From a virus (lineage: Duplodnaviria; Caudoviricetes): a stretch of DNA of 35,209 nucleotides. The notes under the pieces are model-generated. The model was not told the origin of the DNA and made no database searches. It saw only the letters and a list, made by a program, of their open reading frames with translations. Positions 33,304 to 35,209 of this stretch are shown here, one piece after another. A program made the translations under genes and the position numbers. Position 1 is the first letter of the stretch; each line of letters starts with the position of its first letter. Location: positions 1 to 35,209 of IMG/VR virus record IMGVR_UViG_3300011339_000264, one strand, 5' to 3'.

Positions 33304-34863
33304 TTAAGAATTTATTTCTGTCTCGAACATCTGGGTCAACGTAAAGTTATCCACAACCTTTGTGGATAAAGCTGTGAACATCTTCTTCTCTACCGGGCTG
33401 CTCTCGATGTGGATAACCGTCACCTTGCTGGCGTCTTGGCCCTTGCGATCAGCCCGTGCAATGCACTGGATGTACTGCTCAACAGACATCAGCGGCCCGT
33501 AAAACACTACCGTATCCGCTGCGGTTAGGGTAATCCCGTGTGCCGAAGCCTGTGGCTGCATGACCAGCACGCGAGGGTCTTGCTCGTTCTGAAAACGTCG
33601 GATTGTGTCGGCGCGTTTGTTGGGTGTGATACCACCGTGGATCAGCTCTACGCGGAAGCCTTTCTTGGTGAGGTGGTTGTAGATGCTGTCGATGCTGCTG
33701 CGGAACATGGCGAAGATCAGCACCTTGCGGTCTGTCTCTTCCAGTATCTCTTCCAGCACAGCCAGCCGTGGGCCAGCATCGAACTCGACCACATCCTTCT
33801 CGTCCGTGTACACAGCGCCACAACTTATCTGCAGCAGCTTGCTCAAGCCCGACGCCGCGTTGACCGCTGTGATTGTTTCACCCGCTGCCTGTATCGACAT
33901 ACGATCCTTGAGCGTGGTGTAGTACTTGGACTGTTGGGGCGTCATGGGCACCAAACGGGTCGTGGTGAGCACGGGCGGCAAGTCCAAGCACTGGGCCTTG
34001 GTAAAGCGTATCGCAGGCTGTAGCGCCTCGTGGACGAGCTGCGGGGCATTGACCTTCGCCGCCCACTTGAACATCGTGACCTTGTGCATCACCTTGTCAC
34101 GCCACGCCGTGAAGAACCGGGGTATCCCGTTGGGGTTGACCAGCTTGGCTAAGCCGTACGCATCCGCCGGGGACTGCGAGGCGGGTGTGCCCGTCATCAT
34201 CCACAACCGCGTCTCCGGGGTCAGGATGCTCGCCAGCGCCTTGAAGCGCTTGGTCGTGGGGGTCTTGTAGGCGTTCGCCTCATCGACGATTACCAGATCG
34301 AACCTGCCGTCGTTCCTGACCTCGTTGGCGATCAGGTTCAGACCGTCGTAGTTGGCGATGACAAACTCGAAGTCCTGCTGCACCATCTCGATACGGCGGC
34401 TGGCCTGAGCGTGGTGCGCCACGATGGCAGACCTGTGGATGACGCTGCTGGTTAAGTCCCCTAGCCAAGCGCTCTGCATGATGGACAACGGGCAGAGCAC
34501 CAACACACGCCTGACCTTGCCAATGCTCATCAGGTAGTCTGCGGCCCATAGAGCGCTCAGCGTCTTGCCTGTACCCGGCTCGCTGAACACGAACGCCTTG
34601 CGGTGGATAGTGAGAAAGTCCGATGTGGCCATCTGGTGCGACATAGGCGTGTACCGCCCCGGCCAACCGTACCGCCCCGTAATGGGCGAAGGTACATCTT
34701 TGACGCCTAAGTTTCGTAGTACCTGAACCTCTTCTAACCCCCAGTAAACCAATATCTCAAACGTCCCCGCATTCTCAGAGAGGATTTTGTGTTTGGGAAT
34801 TAAGTGGTACTTGTCGGGGTTTCTAGTTTTAAAGAGTAGAGCTTTGTTCTCGATGACTTGCAT
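33304..34863 (-). CDS. SNF2-family (SF2) DNA helicase
   Basis: EPGTGKT, DEAN (motif II), MTGTP, HGITLTAA and Q..ARADRKGQ. Confidence 0.9.
   Translation of the reverse strand: MQVIENKALLFKTRNPDKYHLIPKHKILSENAGTFEILVYWGLEEVQVLRNLGVKDVPSPITGRYGWPGRYTPMSHQMATSDFLTIHRKAFVFSEPGTGKTLSALWAADYLMSIGKVRRVLVLCPLSIMQSAWLGDLTSSVIHRSAIVAHHAQASRRIEMVQQDFEFVIANYDGLNLIANEVRNDGRFDLVIVDEANAYKTPTTKRFKALASILTPETRLWMMTGTPASQSPADAYGLAKLVNPNGIPRFFTAWRDKVMHKVTMFKWAAKVNAPQLVHEALQPAIRFTKAQCLDLPPVLTTTRLVPMTPQQSKYYTTLKDRMSIQAAGETITAVNAASGLSKLLQISCGAVYTDEKDVVEFDAGPRLAVLEEILEETDRKVLIFAMFRSSIDSIYNHLTKKGFRVELIHGGITPNKRADTIRRFQNEQDPRVLVMQPQASAHGITLTAADTVVFYGPLMSVEQYIQCIARADRKGQDASKVTVIHIESSPVEKKMFTALSTKVVDNFTLTQMFETEINS
33347..33416. 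promoter_or_regulatory. Cluster of three perfect DnaA boxes plus one degenerate box
   Basis: TTATCCACA 33347-33355; TGTGGATAA 33361-33369; TGTGAACAT 33373-33381; TGTGGATAA 33408-33416. Confidence 0.8.
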
Positions 34864-34878
34864 TTGCTTCTCGTGTTT

Positions 34879-35139
34879 TTATTTGACGCTGTGGTCGCTC
34901 TTGCGGTCGAACGTCCTGTTGGCGGATGCTGTCTTGACGCGCAAGTTGCTGCGGGTTGTTGCACCGCCTTTGCTCACAGGCTTTTTGTGGTCAACGTCTT
35001 TGCCGTCGCCCTTGTGCACCAGCCCTTCTTTCTCCATGATGGTGCGGGCTTTGTTGCGTGCCGCACGCTTTTTGATAATGTCTGGGCGCTGTGCATACGG
35101 CGGGTATGTGTCGCGGTCTGCGGGATTTTTGTATGGCAT
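34879..35139 (-). CDS. Small HNH-endonuclease-like protein
   Basis: DVDHKKPVSKGG..NL....SANR. Confidence 0.75.
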   Translation of the reverse strand: MPYKNPADRDTYPPYAQRPDIIKKRAARNKARTIMEKEGLVHKGDGKDVDHKKPVSKGGATTRSNLRVKTASANRTFDRKSDHSVK

Positions 35140-35150
35140 GAATGTTCCCC

Positions 35151-35209
35151 TTAATTTTTAGGGTGGTGGACACAAGTGGTGACGGGGCCCCCCGGGCAAA
35201 GGGGGGCGG
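35151..35209 (-). CDS. 3' end of a probable PD-(D/E)XK / Cas4-like exonuclease (partial)
   Basis: Reads ..APLCPGGPVTTCVHHPKN*, resembling a C-terminal LCxWCP...C cluster. Only 18 codons are visible. Confidence 0.4.
   Translation of the reverse strand, partial: APLCPGGPVTTCVHHPKN

Noticed and set aside
28779-34270. Plus-strand ORFs opposite the primase, SSB and helicase genes
   Set aside because: Antisense shadows of well-supported minus-strand genes.
35170-35209. G/C-rich terminal hairpin or loss of Cys ligands in the exonuclease
   Set aside because: CPGGP differs from the expected CPWCP by two T-to-G changes at the very end of the sequence, which looks like low-quality contig-end calls.
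1-35209. tRNA, rRNA, integrase/att sites, IS elements, introns/inteins, alternative genetic code
   Set aside because: None was recognisable by eye. Genes are intact under the standard code, and all three stop codons are used as terminators.

Overview
This window is part of a tailed dsDNA phage genome with a podovirus-like layout and no long-tail genes. Positions 1-28287 (+) form one tightly coupled late/virion operon. It contains small basic proteins, two head-tail adaptor-like genes, minor tail proteins, a tail fibre with an S74 chaperone, a lysis cassette with an M15-type endolysin, a nozzle-like protein, three low-complexity ejection-type proteins and a 2841-aa polyvalent protein (zincin + LPD38-like). 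Positions 28244-35209 (-) form a convergent replication module: AEP primase/DUF927-type helicase, HTH protein, SSB-like protein, SNF2 helicase, HNH protein and the tail of a probable exonuclease. Capsid, portal, terminase and DNA polymerase genes are not in the window. Five signals stand out. (1) A [FYM]xxGG peptide tag occurs about 20 times in seven otherwise unrelated putative internal-virion proteins, alongside a tape-measure-type GPG..D..GEFV module. (2) Three perfect DnaA boxes in a DARS-like arrangement are hidden inside the helicase gene, next to a promoter/operator. (3) An H-type RNA pseudoknot lies directly after a stop codon and in frame with the next gene. (4) Near-identical DNA joints delimit modules of the tail fibre. 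(5) A Gln-rich protein has 11-residue periodicity like a microvirus DNA pilot protein. All family assignments come from motif recognition, not database searches.
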